Assembly (NCBI GenBank): GCA_013239625.1
Contig: MU053934.1
Location: forward strand, 1,457,285-1,521,284
Direction of reading: 5' to 3'
DNA: 64,000 bases
DNA from: Lama guanicoe
Taxonomy: Eukaryota
Part shown: in pieces, positions 1-13,007 of the stretch
Position numbering within the stretch: position 1 is the first letter of the stretch
How the letters are laid out: every line of letters begins with the position of its first letter
Notes under the pieces: generated by a model
What the model was told of the DNA's origin: nothing
Databases searched by the model: none
The model's input: only the letters and a program-made list of their open reading frames with translations
Translations under genes and position numbers: made by a program

Positions 1-620
1 CGTAACAGAACAGGGCAACCTGGACCCAGAGGCGAGTTGGATACTCACTGCTTCCATGAGAGCCTCTTCCTCCCCCTTCTCCGCTCTGCTCTGCACCAGG
101 AGGCTGGCCTCCTTGGCTATAACAAGAAGCTCCCTGGCCCTCTGGCTCCCAGTGGGATGCAGCCAGTGGGAGGCAGCAGAGGGAGGCTGGAGGGCAGGAG
201 GAGAGAGAGGCAGGAGCACTTATGCCCCGGCTCCCTCCGTGCTGGGCTGCCACAGACAATGGCCATCTTCCCAACCCAAAGCCCCTGCTCCTGGTGGCCT
301 CTCCTACAGCTGCAACTCCCTCCAGCTCCTGAACAGCTCCCTCCTTTGCATCGTCAGGCCAAGGGCCAGTGGTGCCTCTAGATATTTCCAGGCCCAGGAA
401 GTTTCACCAGCCCTTGAAGTTATCCTTGCTCCACCTCCAGCAAAGCCAGATGGAACTCCTGCAATCATCAGGTCCCCTCAGTTCACAGGGGAGGATTCTG
501 AGACCCAGAGAGGACAAGGGCCATGCGTTAGTAGAGCTGTGACCACAACATGCCACCCTGGCAAGGACATGCTTCTCAAGGCTGTGACATCCCTTAGCCT
601 GCTGCCTCTCCGGGGTAGGC

Positions 621-990
621 TGTCCCTGTCTGCTCAGGCTGCTGTAACAAAAATGTCACAGACAGGGTGGCTTGTAAACAACAGAAATGTATTCCTCACT
701 GTTCTGGGAGCTGAGAAGTCCAAGATCGAGGTGCCAGCAGATTTGGTGTCAGTGAGGGCCAAGATCCTGGCTCACAGTGATGCCTGTTTTCTCAGTGTAA
801 CCTCCCTCAGAGGAGGGCACAAGGGAGCTCTGTGGGGCCTCTGTCATAAGGGCATGAATCCCATTCATGAGGGTTCCACCCTCATGACCTAAGCACCTCC
901 CGGAGGCCCCACCTCCTAACACCATCACACTGGGGGCTAGCATTTCAACATATGGATTTAGGGTGTGGGCACAAACACTCAGTCTACAGC
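621..990 (-). mobile_element. MaLR LTR (MLT1A-like), solo
   Basis: Typical MLT1 motifs in reverse orientation: ggctgctgtaacaaaa, gaagtccaagatcgaggtgccagcagatttggtgtc, aatcccattcatgagggttccaccctcatgacctaa. Confidence 0.8.
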
Positions 991-1199
991 AGAAGGACTG
1001 TCTGTTTCCTTTGGTCCTCACTCGCTGCGGTATGTTTTCATCATCAAGTATCTGTAAGACCCCAGGGGACTCCCACATCCTCTGGGCCTTTGTTTCCTTT
1101 ACTGAAATGACTGGATTCATGAAAGCAGCTCTTTAGCCCCTTTCCCGTTCACCCATTTCTGTCCCCCTCTAACCTTAAGCAACCCTAATTATAGGAATG

Positions 1200-1680
1200 A
1201 GATCACCAAGCCGTTGCAACTACCTCCTGTCTTGTGCTCTCCTGAATGCACGCCATGCCTTGTCTAACCTGTTGATTCTTCTCCTAGATGAAGTAAGAAT
1301 GAAGAATGAAGTAGTTGAAGAATGACTAGCTCTCTACTTGCAACAGCCCCCTCAGCAATCCTGCAGGCAGATCGGCAGATCACCCGGGCAAGATAACATC
1401 TGAAGAGACAGCCAGCCAGTCTGCATAGAAAGGAGAAAGATGCAGAACCCAACCTCCTGCCTCAGTGACTCACTGAGATCCTCCTCCCACCTTTTTTTTT
1501 TTTCTCTCCTTTAAAAACTGTCATGGGAGCAGAATCTTCAGAGTTGGTCTCTGGACATGAGTCTGTCTTCTCCCCAGATTGCCAGCTTTTCTGATTAAAG
1601 CACCTTTCCTTTCTACTGACACTTGCCTCTCAAATTATTGGCTTTTGAGCAGCGAGCAGCCAAGCTTGAGTTTGGTAACA
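1200..1680 (+). mobile_element. ERV1-type solo LTR (family uncertain)
   Basis: TATA-like tttaaaa, polyA signal attaaa near 1595, and the ERV1 LTR-like end ttggcttttgagcagcgagcagccaagcttgagtttggtaaca finishing in CA. The 5' boundary is uncertain. Confidence 0.6.
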
Positions 1681-2360
1681 TTCAGACTGGCTGATGGACA
1701 TAGTCCAGGATCGACTCCCCTTCTGAGAGCTGCCATTCTGTTGAAAGATTCCTACAAGCCAGAATTTCCAAAGGAGGCAAAGGAAGGAGGAAAAGATTCT
1801 GCCTTCTCTGATGAACCAGTAAAGGATCATTAAGCACTGAGAAGTAGAAAGCGAGACAAAAATGCTTAATAATTGCCAGAGATTGTTTGTGAGGAATGGC
1901 AGAGAGGAAAGAAATGGGGGAAATGAACGATTTCAAGCCTGCAGAGTGGTTTTGCTCCCAGAGGACCTAAGAAAGATGCTTAAAGTCCAACTCCCTTTGA
2001 AGACAAAATGAAAGATTCTACAGCCGGGGGCTGGAAGCGGGGGCTGCCTTCACTGGAGAAGGATGTAGGTCAATGTCATTTCCTAAGGAAACTGGGTGAG
2101 GCCACGCTGAATGAGCCCAGCTCCCAGCCCCTATTTGAAAAGAGACATTTAAACAACAAAGTGGGAACAAATGTTTACCAGAAATATCATTAAATATATC
2201 ATAGAAACAGATAAGAGAAAAACATTAACCCTGAGTAGAACAAGGAGCAAACAACAGGCAGTTTATAAAAGGAAAAAAATAGATACATGGTTAATAAACA
2301 AAAAAAAAAACCCTCACTAACATAGACATGTAACATTAAAATAACAATTAGGCAGGATTC

Positions 2361-2564
2361 TTTTTTTTTGCTTTTTTTTTTTATTGAGTTATAGTCATTC
2401 TACAATGTTGTGTCAAATTCCAGTGTAGAGCACAATTTTTCAGTTATACATGAAGATACATACATTCATTGTCACATTCTCTTTCACTGTGAGCCACCAC
2501 AAGATCCTGTATATATTTCCCTGTGCTACACAGGACAATCTTGTTTATCTATTCTACATTTTGA
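2361..2564 (-). mobile_element. 5'-truncated recent L1 3' end
   Basis: Poly-T followed by the reverse complement of the artiodactyl-type L1 3' UTR. Flanked by direct repeat aggattcttt (2354-2363, 2565-2574). Confidence 0.8.
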
Positions 2565-2599
2565 AGGATTCTTTACCCATGAAATACACAAAGTTGTTT

Positions 2600-3170
2600 C
2601 CTATTAAGAAATGTTCATTAGCACATGTCAAAAGTTGGGATGACTTATTTCCTGATGGGAGTAAATTTGTCCAACCTTCTTTGAAATAGTCATTAAAAGT
2701 TCATATCCCTGGGCCATATGATTCTGGCCCTAGGAATTCAACCCAAGGAAATAATTAAAGATATGAACAAGGATTCCTGTAAAGGGACAGGCATCAGAGG
2801 ATTCATTATAATAGAGAAGTATTAGAAGGTACCCAGATGTTGAACAAAAGGAAATGGTTAAGTATATTTATAAAATGTACGTATCATGAACATAAAATGG
2901 TACATTCATATAATGAAATAGAAGCTTGCATGACAAGTCATGTTTTTCACAAACATTTAATGGTGGAAAGAATTGCTCACAATAAAATGTTAAGTGAAAA
3001 GACACCAAACTGAAAAAATAAATAAATTAATAAATAAAATAAAATACACCAGACTAAATATGTAATAATATCCATATGTAAAGCTATGTAATTTTGGAAT
3101 ACATAAGTATGGGCATAGAAAAAAACATGGAAGGAAACACATCAGCATATTAACAGTGAGAGTTTAATCA
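2600..3170 (+). mobile_element. Old L1 (L1ME-like) 3' fragment
   Basis: Degenerate L1M 3' motifs (ctaggaattcaacccaaggaaataatt, aaatggttaagtatatt); A-rich. Confidence 0.55.
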
Positions 3171-3655
3171 AGAAAACAATGTTTAAGAAATAAAAGGCCT
3201 TTGGATAAGACTTGGGGTCCTATAGGAATGATTAGGCTGAAATCAGATATCCTTTTAAATTATAAGATAGAAGGCTTAAATCCCACTGTCTCTAAGACTG
3301 CATAAAAAGAAAAAATATAATTGGCCATTCATTCCACAGACACAGAGCACTTTTATATTCAACATTATACTGGGTTTTAAGGATATAGAGACAACTAAAT
3401 CACAGACTTCAATCCCAAAGACCTTGTTTGTTGTCAGTTGAAGAGGGAAGTATACACTAATAATTACGGTAGAATGCAGGCGACTCAAAAGAAACTTAAG
3501 CAGAGAGTGACAGACTCCCAGCACCCAAGGAGTGCAGGGACAGTTTCTTGGAAAGGAGTGGGGAAGGATATTTAAATGCATCTTGAAAGGTCCATACAAG
3601 TTAGCCAGGTAGACACAGGGAAGTCAGAAAATTCCAGGTGGACGGAACTGCCTGT

Positions 3656-4156
3656 GTGTTGTAGACAATGACAGGCTCCCCAAAGATGTCCGTGTCCTAA
3701 TCCCCACCTGGGAACAGGTTGCCTTATATGGCAAAAGGAACTCTGCAGGTGAGGTCAAGGTGAAGGACCTTGAGGTGGAGAGCGTAAAAGTAGATTATGC
3801 AGGTGGCGCCAATCTAATCACCTGGGTTCTTGAAATCAGAGAATCTTTCCTGGCTGTGCTCAGAGGGACATGTGACTACACAAGAATGACCAAAGAGATG
3901 CAACATTGCCAGCTCTGAAGATGGAGAAAGGGGACCAAGGAATGCGACATTGTCCAGAAGCTGGCAAAGGTAAGGAAATAGATTCTTCCCTAAAGCCTCC
4001 AGAAAGAAAAGGAACCCTGACAGCACCAAGATTTTACCTCAGGGAGACATGTTTCAGACTTCGAGCTCAGCAAGAAATGTAACATAATAAATTTATGTTG
4101 TTTCAAACCACAGAGTTTGCGTAACTCTGTTACAGCAACAATAGAAAACTAATACA
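3656..4156 (+). mobile_element. MaLR LTR (MLT1D-like)
   Basis: ccccaaagatgtccgtgtcctaatccc start and gttacagcaacaatagaaaactaataca end. Confidence 0.8.
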
Positions 4157-5149
4157 TTGTGCAAAGGCATGGAGATGTAAGACCAAAGTGCACATGGAAG
4201 GAACTGCAGTGAGATACTATGCAGTGGTTATCGACCACAGGCCAAACCTCAGTTCCACTCTTCTGCTTTGTGCAAGACACAGTGTCCACCCTCTGGGGCT
4301 CACAGACCAGTAGGAGACACAGTCTGGTGATAGAAAAGTGACTCCAGGAAGGCTCCAGGAAGAACAAGACCAGTGTGCCTGGGGGACTGGGTCATGGTTC
4401 CACTGAGAAGGGGACCATTGAGTTCGTTGGGTCTGGAAGAGTGAGGAGCCACTGACCTGGGAGAAGGGCTTTACAAGCTGAGGAACAACATGAGCGAAAA
4501 CACTGGAAATATCTTAGCATCTTTGGGGAAAGGCAAGTTGTCCGGGGTAACCAGAGCTAAAGTATTGGGAACTCAAGCCGGGCAGGAATGACCAGCTAAG
4601 GAAGGGCCTTGAATGTTGGGTTAATTGGACTCTACCCTTTAGGGGACATGATGGGGGCATCTGATTTTTGAAAAAGAATGAGCATGTTTCTCTTCTAAAT
4701 CTCTGATGTGCTCACTGGTATTTCCTGGAAGTAAGATGACTTCCAGGTCTGGGGAGGTGGAAGACAGTCAGACCATACTGAGTTGGGAGGCCAGGAGGCT
4801 GAGCCACTGAGGAGGCCAACATGGAACTGGCTGGCCCAGCCGGCAACCACTCTGCTCACATCCACCTCCAGGTCTCCAGGCAGTACTCCCTCTCCAGGGG
4901 ACATTCCCAAAAAGCAGCAGGTGAGGACTGAAGCCCATTAAGCCAAGTCGGCCTCCCTCTTCTGCCCTGGCCTCCAGGCCAGCCTCAGCACCATTGGGAG
5001 GAATTCGTTTATCTCCACGCCTCCTCTGCACACACTCTAAACTCCCCTTTACTGTGCCTTTCCCATCTCTCTCAAGGGCACCACTGTATAATCCTCAAAT
5101 ATATATATGTTACACTTATATACACATATACTACACACAGACACACACA

Positions 5150-5245
5150 CATATATATATTCATTTTCATATTCTTTTTCATTAAAGGTTATTACAAGAC
5201 GTTGAGTATAGTTCCCTGTGCTATACAAAGGAAATCTGTTTTTTA
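5150..5245 (-). mobile_element. Short recent L1 3' fragment
   Basis: attcattttcatattctttttcattaaaggttattacaag...tatagttccctgtgctatac, the same family as the copies at 14407 and 37602. Confidence 0.7.
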
Positions 5246-5356
5246 TGTCTTGTTTCTAAGTTAATGTTCTCATGGCCTCCTCAGCCAGTGGAGTTACTGC
5301 TGTGGTAACCTTTATGGTTACCCCTCAGTTCTGCTCCTTCTTCAGTTTATACTCAA

Positions 5357-5381
5357 ACACACACACACACACACACACACA
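5357..5381. repeat. (CA)n microsatellite
   Basis: About 12 consecutive CA units. Confidence 0.9.
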
Positions 5382-6254
5382 TGAAATCCCACTCACAGAC
5401 ACACTGAAGACAGACTGAAGATTGATGGGGTTCCCACTGCAGCTAGGCAAACAGCCCCAAGTGGGGCAGCAGGACACCCTCCCCCACAAGGCAAACCCAC
5501 TGGCCTTGATACCCACCTGGTCCCTGCTCCCTCCATTTCTCTGGCTCCCCTTTCTTCACCTTCCATTCTCGCTCCTGGATTCCCTTTCAGCAGGAAAATC
5601 AGTCAACAGCCCTCTCCCTTCATCCAGGGTGACCCCTCCTCTTGTCTGACATCTTGCACCTGCCAACATCCAGGCTCCCCCGAAGCAGACGGGACATCTC
5701 CACCTACAGAGTGACACTTCCCTGTGGGACACAGAGGACAACCGGGGGTTGCTGCAGGGACCGGTCAGGCAAGGCCAGTGCTTTCTCGACTGGCAGCCCC
5801 ACTGAACCTCCTAGGGAGCTATCCAAAACAGCAGGTGTCCCAGCCATTCTGGATGAATCGGTGTGGGGCAGGGCCCATTCATCAGATGATTATAAAGTAC
5901 AGCCCAGCATGAGAACCTCTGGCAGCACCTCCATTTCGGGATTGGGGGGCTCCACTCTGTGCTCTTGGTCCTGAAGCTCAGAGGCAAGAGAAGGATTCAT
6001 CCCCAACCTCCTGTTCCACTGGTTCACCAAGATGCTTGCCCAAATAGAGACCCTCTCTAAGAGTGGGGGGCAGCATGGAACCGTTACAGGGCAGGAGGAC
6101 CACCCCAAGGATGCAGCACAGGCATCCCATATTGCATCCCATACCCTGGTTAGACTAGCCTTCTGCCCCACAACTGAGATGAAAGCTGGTCCCCTAATTT
6201 CACTGCCAGCCCTGCTTCTCCTAGAGCACAGTTTGCAACAGCAGCATGCCTGAC

Positions 6255-6438
6255 ATTTGTGGTCCAATCATTCATTACGAGGGTGGGAGGGCTGTCCTGT
6301 ACACTGCAGGGTGTTTAGCAGCATCCCTGCCTTCTACCACTAGATGTCCCCAGTTGCAACAACCAAAAATGCCTCCAGACATCACCCAATGTCCCCTAGG
6401 CGGGAAAATCCCCGTAGACCCCCAACTGAGAACCACTG
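6255..6438. mobile_element. MER20 hAT-Charlie MITE
   Basis: gggctgtcctgtacactgcagggtgtttagcagcatccctg...aaccaaaaatgcctccagacat...aaatgtcccct...tgagaaccactg matches the MER20 consensus as recalled. Confidence 0.85.
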
Positions 6439-8038
6439 TCTCACAGACTTGGACTTCCTCAAGCCCTGCCCCTTCCCCAGCCACGCCAACCTCCCATGAT
6501 CCCCACACGGCAGTTCTGAGAACAAAATGAATTAAAGGAGTAACATGCTTTGCACAGCATTAGCACTTAACATGCTCTGAGAGACAGGCCACCCCAGCCA
6601 GGGGAAAGGAAACTGAAGTAAAGTGACACTCACAGGCTCACACCACTGGGATTCAAATGCAGACCCGTGAGACTCCAAAACCTCTGGTCCTGTTCATCCG
6701 CGACCCTGCCTTTTGTCATCAGGCAATGGAGAGCCACCCCCACCCCCACCACCAGTCCCAAACCTTAGGTTTTCCTAAAATCTGCAGGCTGAAATCCACA
6801 AATTTAGCAAGACTAGGTTCCGGGGCCAGGGCTGGAATGACAGGTAAGGGCTTCCACAACCAGGTGGAGAGGCTATCACCATCTGTGGACCCCTCTGCCT
6901 CTGGATTTCCACACTCAGGGAGCATCTCCCCCTCAACCATGAATCCCAGAGGCCAGGGTCTGTGTCTGCCACCTCGGTTTCCCCAGAGCTAGGCGCTAGA
7001 CAGCGAGCCTCCTGCACAGGAGTGCTGAAAAGAGTTTACAGAATAAACGAATGGAGGGCGAACAAGTTAACTGAACAGAACTCAGGTGTAAGGTGCAAGC
7101 ACAGTCTAGAGGACACCGAAGCCCATTACTGATTAAAAATCAAAGCATCTCAAAAAGCAGGAATGGACATGGTTCCAGCATTAAACTCGAAGCTACCTAA
7201 GGCCCTCCAACCCCAGGGGATCAGTCCAGAAGCGTAGGGCAGGCTTGAGCCTTCAGGTCAAGGAGCCGCAGTTGTTGGGGAGGAATTTGGAGGGCGGGGA
7301 CCACACAAGTCGTGGCCGCTGAAGCCCCTTCCCGCCAGAGCCGGGCTCCGGATTCCTGCATCTCCAGAGTGCAGGCAGAATCAGGAGCTTTGGCCACTGC
7401 CTGAACACCCCCTGGAACGCCCCTGAGCACTCTGGCGAAAGGTGACTCTTTCTTCCTTCCTTTTGGGCCCATGAGACTAATCATAAAATACTCCCTGCTT
7501 CTGAGTCTATAGGAATCCATTAAGTTGCTAATGTGCGCATTCGCAGACCTGAAAGAAAGGTGCAGGACTGATGGATGTACTTGTCATGTTTGGCTGGTAG
7601 TCACGTGACTAATGGGATTCGTGGTTTATAATGCAACGCTCGTTTCACTCTCCTCTTTAAGCTCCAGGACCCGGCACTGCTGTTGCATTTCAATGGGATG
7701 ACAGTGATAACATTTTATCACCCTGGGTTATCAATTAGTCTCCTCTGAGGAAAGGATGTCCCAGATTCAGTATGGGAACAGGACGGGGAGAGGGAATGCT
7801 CCTTGAGAGCATCTGTGCCCGGCCATCTGGAGATCACAGCCTTTCTCCCTAAGAGCCGCGTCCCAATTCATCTCTAAGATGAGAGGCTGCAGGCATCTGG
7901 AAAAGGACAGGAGCCAGGACCTCCCACCCCAGAACCTCCTCTCCCCCCTCACCAGGCTGTGCCGTGGCTCCTCTCGGGTCTCCTTGCCTCCTCCCTGCAC
8001 ACTCTGGTCCAGCTTCTGCAAACAGCCTCCAGAGGGAT

Positions 8039-8422
8039 TGTTACAGGCTGAATCGTGTCTCCCCCAGATTCATCTGTTGTAGCCCTGACCCCCAGGACCC
8101 CAGAATGTGTCTATCTTGGGAGACAGGATCTTCAGAGGTAATTATGCTAAAACGAGGTGTCAGCGTGGCCCCTAATCCAACATGACTGACGTCCTTGTAA
8201 GAAGAGGGAATTAGGACACTGTCACACACTGAGGAGAGACTGTGTGAAGACACAGGGAGAAGACGGCCACCCGCAAGCCAAGGAGTGAGGCCTCAAGAGA
8301 AACCAACACTGTCGGCACCTTGATTGTGGACTTCTAGCCCCCAGGACTACAGGAAGAGAAACGTCTGCTGTTTGACCCCCCAGTCCGTGGTACTGGTTGT
8401 GGCAGCCCCAGGGCACTAACAC
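8039..8422 (+). mobile_element. MaLR LTR (MLT1B-like)
   Basis: tgttacaggctgaatcgtgtctccccc start, ccctaatccaacatgactgacgtccttgtaagaagagg core, ggcagccccagggcactaacac end. Confidence 0.8.
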
Positions 8423-8539
8423 CAGGATCCCCTCTCACATTCACATCCCTTCCTAAAACCTACGTGGTCTTCAGTACTTTGTCACCACGTGAACTTGGCC
8501 ATCCCGGTTAGCCTGCCTGAGTCGCTGACCTGGAATGGT

Positions 8540-9330
8540 AAAGCCAATCACTGAGATGGGAAGACAGGGAGGAAAGCAGGTAGGGGACAGAGGTGAGAGG
8601 AGGCAGAATGGAGAGCTGGGTTTTGGAGTTGTACGTTTGACATGTTTGTGAAACATACAAGTAGAAACAGACAACTGTCCAGCAGACAGTTTGATATACA
8701 TGTCCAACGTTCAAATACACACAGGCTGAATGTATAAATCAGAGGGGAGTCAAGGTATAGAAGAGGTCCGGGTCAGCCTCGGGAGTGGAAGAGAGGAGAA
8801 AGAGCCAGGCAAGGAGAGTGAGAGTGTGCAGGTTGACGGGAGGAAAACCAGGGCAAGTGTGGTTTCCTGAAGCCAAGAGAGGGGAGTGTTTCTAGAAAGA
8901 GGAATGACCGGCAGGATGGAGAACTGCTGACAGGTCAGTTAAGCCAACAACACAAATACCCTCTAATGTGGCTGTTTGAGGCTTAAGTTTGTAAGAGAGA
9001 TAGGAGCCTGACTGGGTTCAAGAGTAATTGAAAAAAAAAAGGAAGAAAAAAAAAGAGTAAATGAAAGGGGAGGACGTGGTGGCTGGGAGAATAAATAGAA
9101 AACTCTTCAGAGAGTTTTGCCGTAAAATGGGAGCCAAAAAAGGGAGGGGAAGGGGCCACAGGACAGAAATTTGGAGTCAAAGAAGGGTTTTGTTTAGGAT
9201 GGAAAAGATTACAGTGTGGTTGTATGCTGATGGAAATGACTCTGAGTTTAGAAGGAAAAATTGTCGGTGCAGGGGAGAGGGGAGAGCTGCTGTCATGATG
9301 TTCTCAAGAAGACAGGGGATATCTGTGCAA
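8540..9330 (-). mobile_element. L2 LINE fragment
   Basis: Purine-rich degenerate L2 antisense motifs (gaagccaagagagggg agtgtttctagaaagagg, actcttcagagagttttgccgtaaa). Confidence 0.6.
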
Positions 9331-10789
9331 AAGGGGAGGGAGGGGTGGCCCTGGAGAGGGCAGCTCATCCAGAGTACCAGGAAGGAAACAGATACTGACA
9401 CAGATGCAAGGCTAGCACCCATGCGACGCTCAGCATTCATGAAAATTACACCTTACTGCCCATGTGATCTCAGCATGGCTCAGCCATGTCTCCCCTGCCT
9501 TCCTGGCCCAGACCCAGCGCCCACTCTGACCGTGCTCTCTGCTTGCTCCCGGCAGACCTGTGGCTCCCTGGTGTGATTCCTCTGCACTGTCCCAGGCCTG
9601 CCTCTCCCCAACGTCCCTCGCCCTGCCTTTCACCAGCTGGACACTATTCTCAGAGCTCCCACCCCTGAGATGGGCCCACCAGCAGCACCCAGACAGGCAC
9701 TGATGGGCAGGAGAATATGGCCAGGCCCTTGGCAGCCACCAGGAAGCTTCAAGAAGCTGGCAGTCCCGGGGACAGGACCGTCTGCACAAAGTCAGGCACC
9801 TCTTGCCAAATGTTAATAAAGTGTCTGAACAGAAAATTAAAATGCTGCCATCCACATTCTCTGCTGCTTCTCCTCTCTGAAGCAAGCCCCTTCCACTGCC
9901 TTGTCTCCCAGAAATGGGAGGATCGGGGCAGAGCTGGGGACATTTGCCAGAGCCAGGGGCAGCCATGATTGAAAAGGGAAATTGGACAGCACTGAACATA
10001 GCAGGCGCATCTGAGGAATGCCAGGGAGATGCGGCCAGTCTTCTCTGCGGATTCTCTTGGCCGGGGCGTCCATCCAAGCGCATCCAAGTGCACAATGGCT
10101 GAATGGCTGGCAGAGGGGTTAGGCATAGTAGGGGACGCTTCCGTTGATTCCAAAAGCTTGGGGTTAACCTCTTGGTCTTCTTAACAGGGAGCTGCCACAA
10201 ACAAAGCTCAGCTGGCCAGGGAGCTGGGACTAGGGGTGAGCCAGCCTCAGCTCTGCATCTCCCAGCCCTCCAGGTGCTGTCCTGGCACTACCGTTGTCCA
10301 GAGGACCATCTGCCAGCCAGAGGCCAACAGTTACCACAGTTAACTGGAAAGCGGTGGTTAATTAATTAGTTGGTAAATATTTCAAAATAGGGGGAGAAAG
10401 TGTGAATCCCTACCTTTAATGAGTTAGAAAGGGTGTGAGCCCGGACTTACCAAAACCTTAATGAATCTGTCTGTCTCCCTGTCTCTCTCCTCTTCTGCTC
10501 TCTGTCCCTCGCATTTTTCTTTCTTTTCTTTCTCCTCCTCAGTCTCTCCTGCCTTATATCCCACTTCCTTTTGCTATTTCTCTTTCTTTACTGCCCTGCT
10601 CCTTCTCTCCTCACCCCTGCCTTCTTCTAAAACGATCAGGAGAGGAGTGTGTGTGTACTTGCTAACCAGCCTCTATTCCATGACTGTTGGCATCAAGCCT
10701 GGAGCTAAAATCATTAGATAATACTATCGACATGTTTATGTGTAATCCACACAACCCAGAAGGGTAAAACAAATAGTAGTAGTGATAAT

Positions 10790-11110
10790 GGTAATGATAA
10801 TGATCAATTCTATGCTTACTGTGTGTCCGATGCTTTTCAAAGCACTGTCACAAGGATTCAAGCACATTTACTCCTCACAGTAACTCTAAAGCCAGGCACT
10901 ATAATTTTACACATGAAAAAAAAAATCGAGGCACAAGTGACTTGTCCAAAGTCACACAATTTTGGTCAGAATTCCAGTTTATGTAATCTGGATTCAAAGC
11001 CTGTGCCACTGAGACTCAGAGAGGTTGAGTGCCTTGTCTGAAGTCACACAGCTGAGAATTTGTACGGCCAGGATGAGTGCTCAGGGACGTCTGATTCCAA
11101 AGCCCAAGTC
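10790..11110 (-). mobile_element. MIR SINE fragments
   Basis: MIR core motifs gaggcacaagtgacttgtccaaagtcacaca and ctgagactcagagaggttgagtgccttgtctgaagtcacacagct. Confidence 0.7.
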
Positions 11111-12540
11111 TTGCTTCCCATCAGAGGGCAGAGCCTATGAGCCCTGCTCCTAATTTGGAATGCATAAGAGATAGACATTCTACACCTGCTTTCTGAAATT
11201 CCCCATCAGATTTTCTATTTCTTTTCCAGGTTACCCTTGATGAACTATTTCCTCCCTGTGGATCCCAGACTGTCATTAGAATTAAAAATTCCCCACCCCT
11301 TAGCTTCCTGAATTCTTCTCTTCAAAGGAACATGAAATTATATACTTTCGACTAAAATTACCATAAACAGGTACTAATCCTCTTTTTCTTTCTTTGAGGA
11401 TTCACAAGTGCCAGTAGTTCACACGTATTAGATGTTCACATGGATTTAACCACCATATTTTGAGTGTCTACTACATGTTGGAGGTAAAGTGTTTCCCATC
11501 CCTTGAAAAGCTCACAGTCTGGAAATGCATGTAAGGTGGGACCGTTAACCCTCGGCCAAGGTGAAAAAGTGATAGAAGCCTTAAAATTGGAGCAGATAAA
11601 TATTACAACGGGAGCCTGGGGGCTAGAAGGACCCTGGAAGGCTTTCTCCGGGGGGAGGCACTAGCGCTGGGATGCTAAGATGCATTGGATTTTGATACCT
11701 CCTTCCTTGTGGAGTCTCAGCACCACCACAGGAACCCCCGCAGGCATGAGGATGCAGAATTTACAGACTGGACATCCTCTATGCCGTGTCTAGAAGCTGG
11801 ATTTTTATTACTGTTAACCCTTCTATGCCCACCTGACCCCTATCACTTTATATAGAATCACTGGCCTCATTTTCCTAAAAAGAGAAAAAATAATCTAGGA
11901 TTTCTTTTCTTTCTTTTCTTTTTTTCCTGTTTAAGCTTCCTAGTTGTCTCAATGCCAGGGGAACAAGCTAATCTTCTTAAAACATTATGCTTATCAAATC
12001 TCTCCTAGGTTGAAAATTCAGTGCCTTCCCACCCCACATGCCTGCAGGATTCTGTCCAAACACATTAGCTTGGCTGGTGTTAAGATCTTCCGTGATGTGG
12101 TTCCAAATTGCTGTTCTGGCTTTATCTGTCACATAATGGCATATGCATTGACTACAGTTGTACTGTGGGAGTGACCCCCTTGCTGAAGAACACAGAATTC
12201 TCTGAGACGTGATGAAGGAAGAAGTTTAAAAAGTGCTCCAGGTGGCGGAGTGCACCCAGGCAAAGACCTACGATATTCCCCACCGAGCTTTCCCTTCCCC
12301 CTTGAATTGTCCCGACTGGCTCCTGCCTAGATAGGGGGCTAAAAACACCAACCAAACTGCGGAGATAGAAAGGGGAGTAGGCAGCCAGGAGGGAAGCCAG
12401 CGCAACTTCAGATGGCCCAATATGTCGATAGAGTCAACCACGTGATTCAGTCATTATGGGATGTCTACTAAATACTGAGTACCATCTAACATAATGTGGT
12501 AAATAAACTCGTGAGACTTACTTAATAATCAGACACAAGG

Positions 12541-12700
12541 TCGGCTGGAAAGGCAGCCGCCCTCTCGCCTGTCACTCACTGCACGTTCACGGGGAACCTG
12601 GTGCTAAACCATTCACAGACAACCTGCTTCTGAGTCGGGGTTTCGTACCTGGCAGAGCAGCGACCTCACTGCGATCTAGTGAAAGTCAGCCTTTGACACA
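12541..12700 (+). pseudogene. Retrotransposed copy of the 28S rRNA 3' end (SINE28-like rRNA retropseudogene)
   Basis: Matches the last ~160 nt of mammalian 28S rRNA as recalled (ggaaaggcggccgccccctcgcccgtcacgcaccgcacgttcgtggggaacctggcgctaaaccattcgtagacgacctgcttctgggtcggggtttcgtac...gcgatctattgaaagtcagccctcgacaca), with many CpG transitions. It has an A-rich tail and an 18-bp TSD taataatcagacacaagg at 12523-12540 and 13008-13025. Confidence 0.92.
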
Positions 12701-12707
12701 GCAGCTG

Positions 12708-12798
12708 GAAAGAAAGAGAGAAAGAAAGAGAGAAAGAAAGAGAGAAAGAAAGAGAGAAAGAAAGAGAGAAAGAGAGAAAGAGAGAAAGAGAGAAAGAG

Positions 12799-12864
<66 letters not shown>

Positions 12865-13007
12865 GAGAGGGAGGGAGAGAGAGGGAGAGAGAGGGAGAAA
12901 GAAAGAAAGAAAGAGAGAGAAAGAAAAGAAAGAAAGAAAATGAAAAGAAAGAAAAAAGAATATAAAAAAGAAGAAAATAATAACAGTAAAAAGTAGAAAT
13001 AAAAAAA
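12708..13007 (+). repeat. (GAAA/GA)n polypurine microsatellite, the tail of the 28S retrocopy
   Basis: About 230 bp of A/G only, then A-rich sequence up to the 3' TSD. Confidence 0.95.

Noticed and set aside
56..892. 278-aa ORF at the window start
   Set aside because: No recognisable protein, non-standard start, and the last third is read from an MLT1 LTR.
9430..10200. 256-aa minus-strand ORF and overlapping ORFs
   Set aside because: Chance ORFs in GC-rich sequence with no domain similarity or splice structure.
12541..12700. Functional rRNA gene
   Set aside because: Only the 3'-terminal 160 nt, CpG-decayed, with A tail and TSD; it is a retrocopy.
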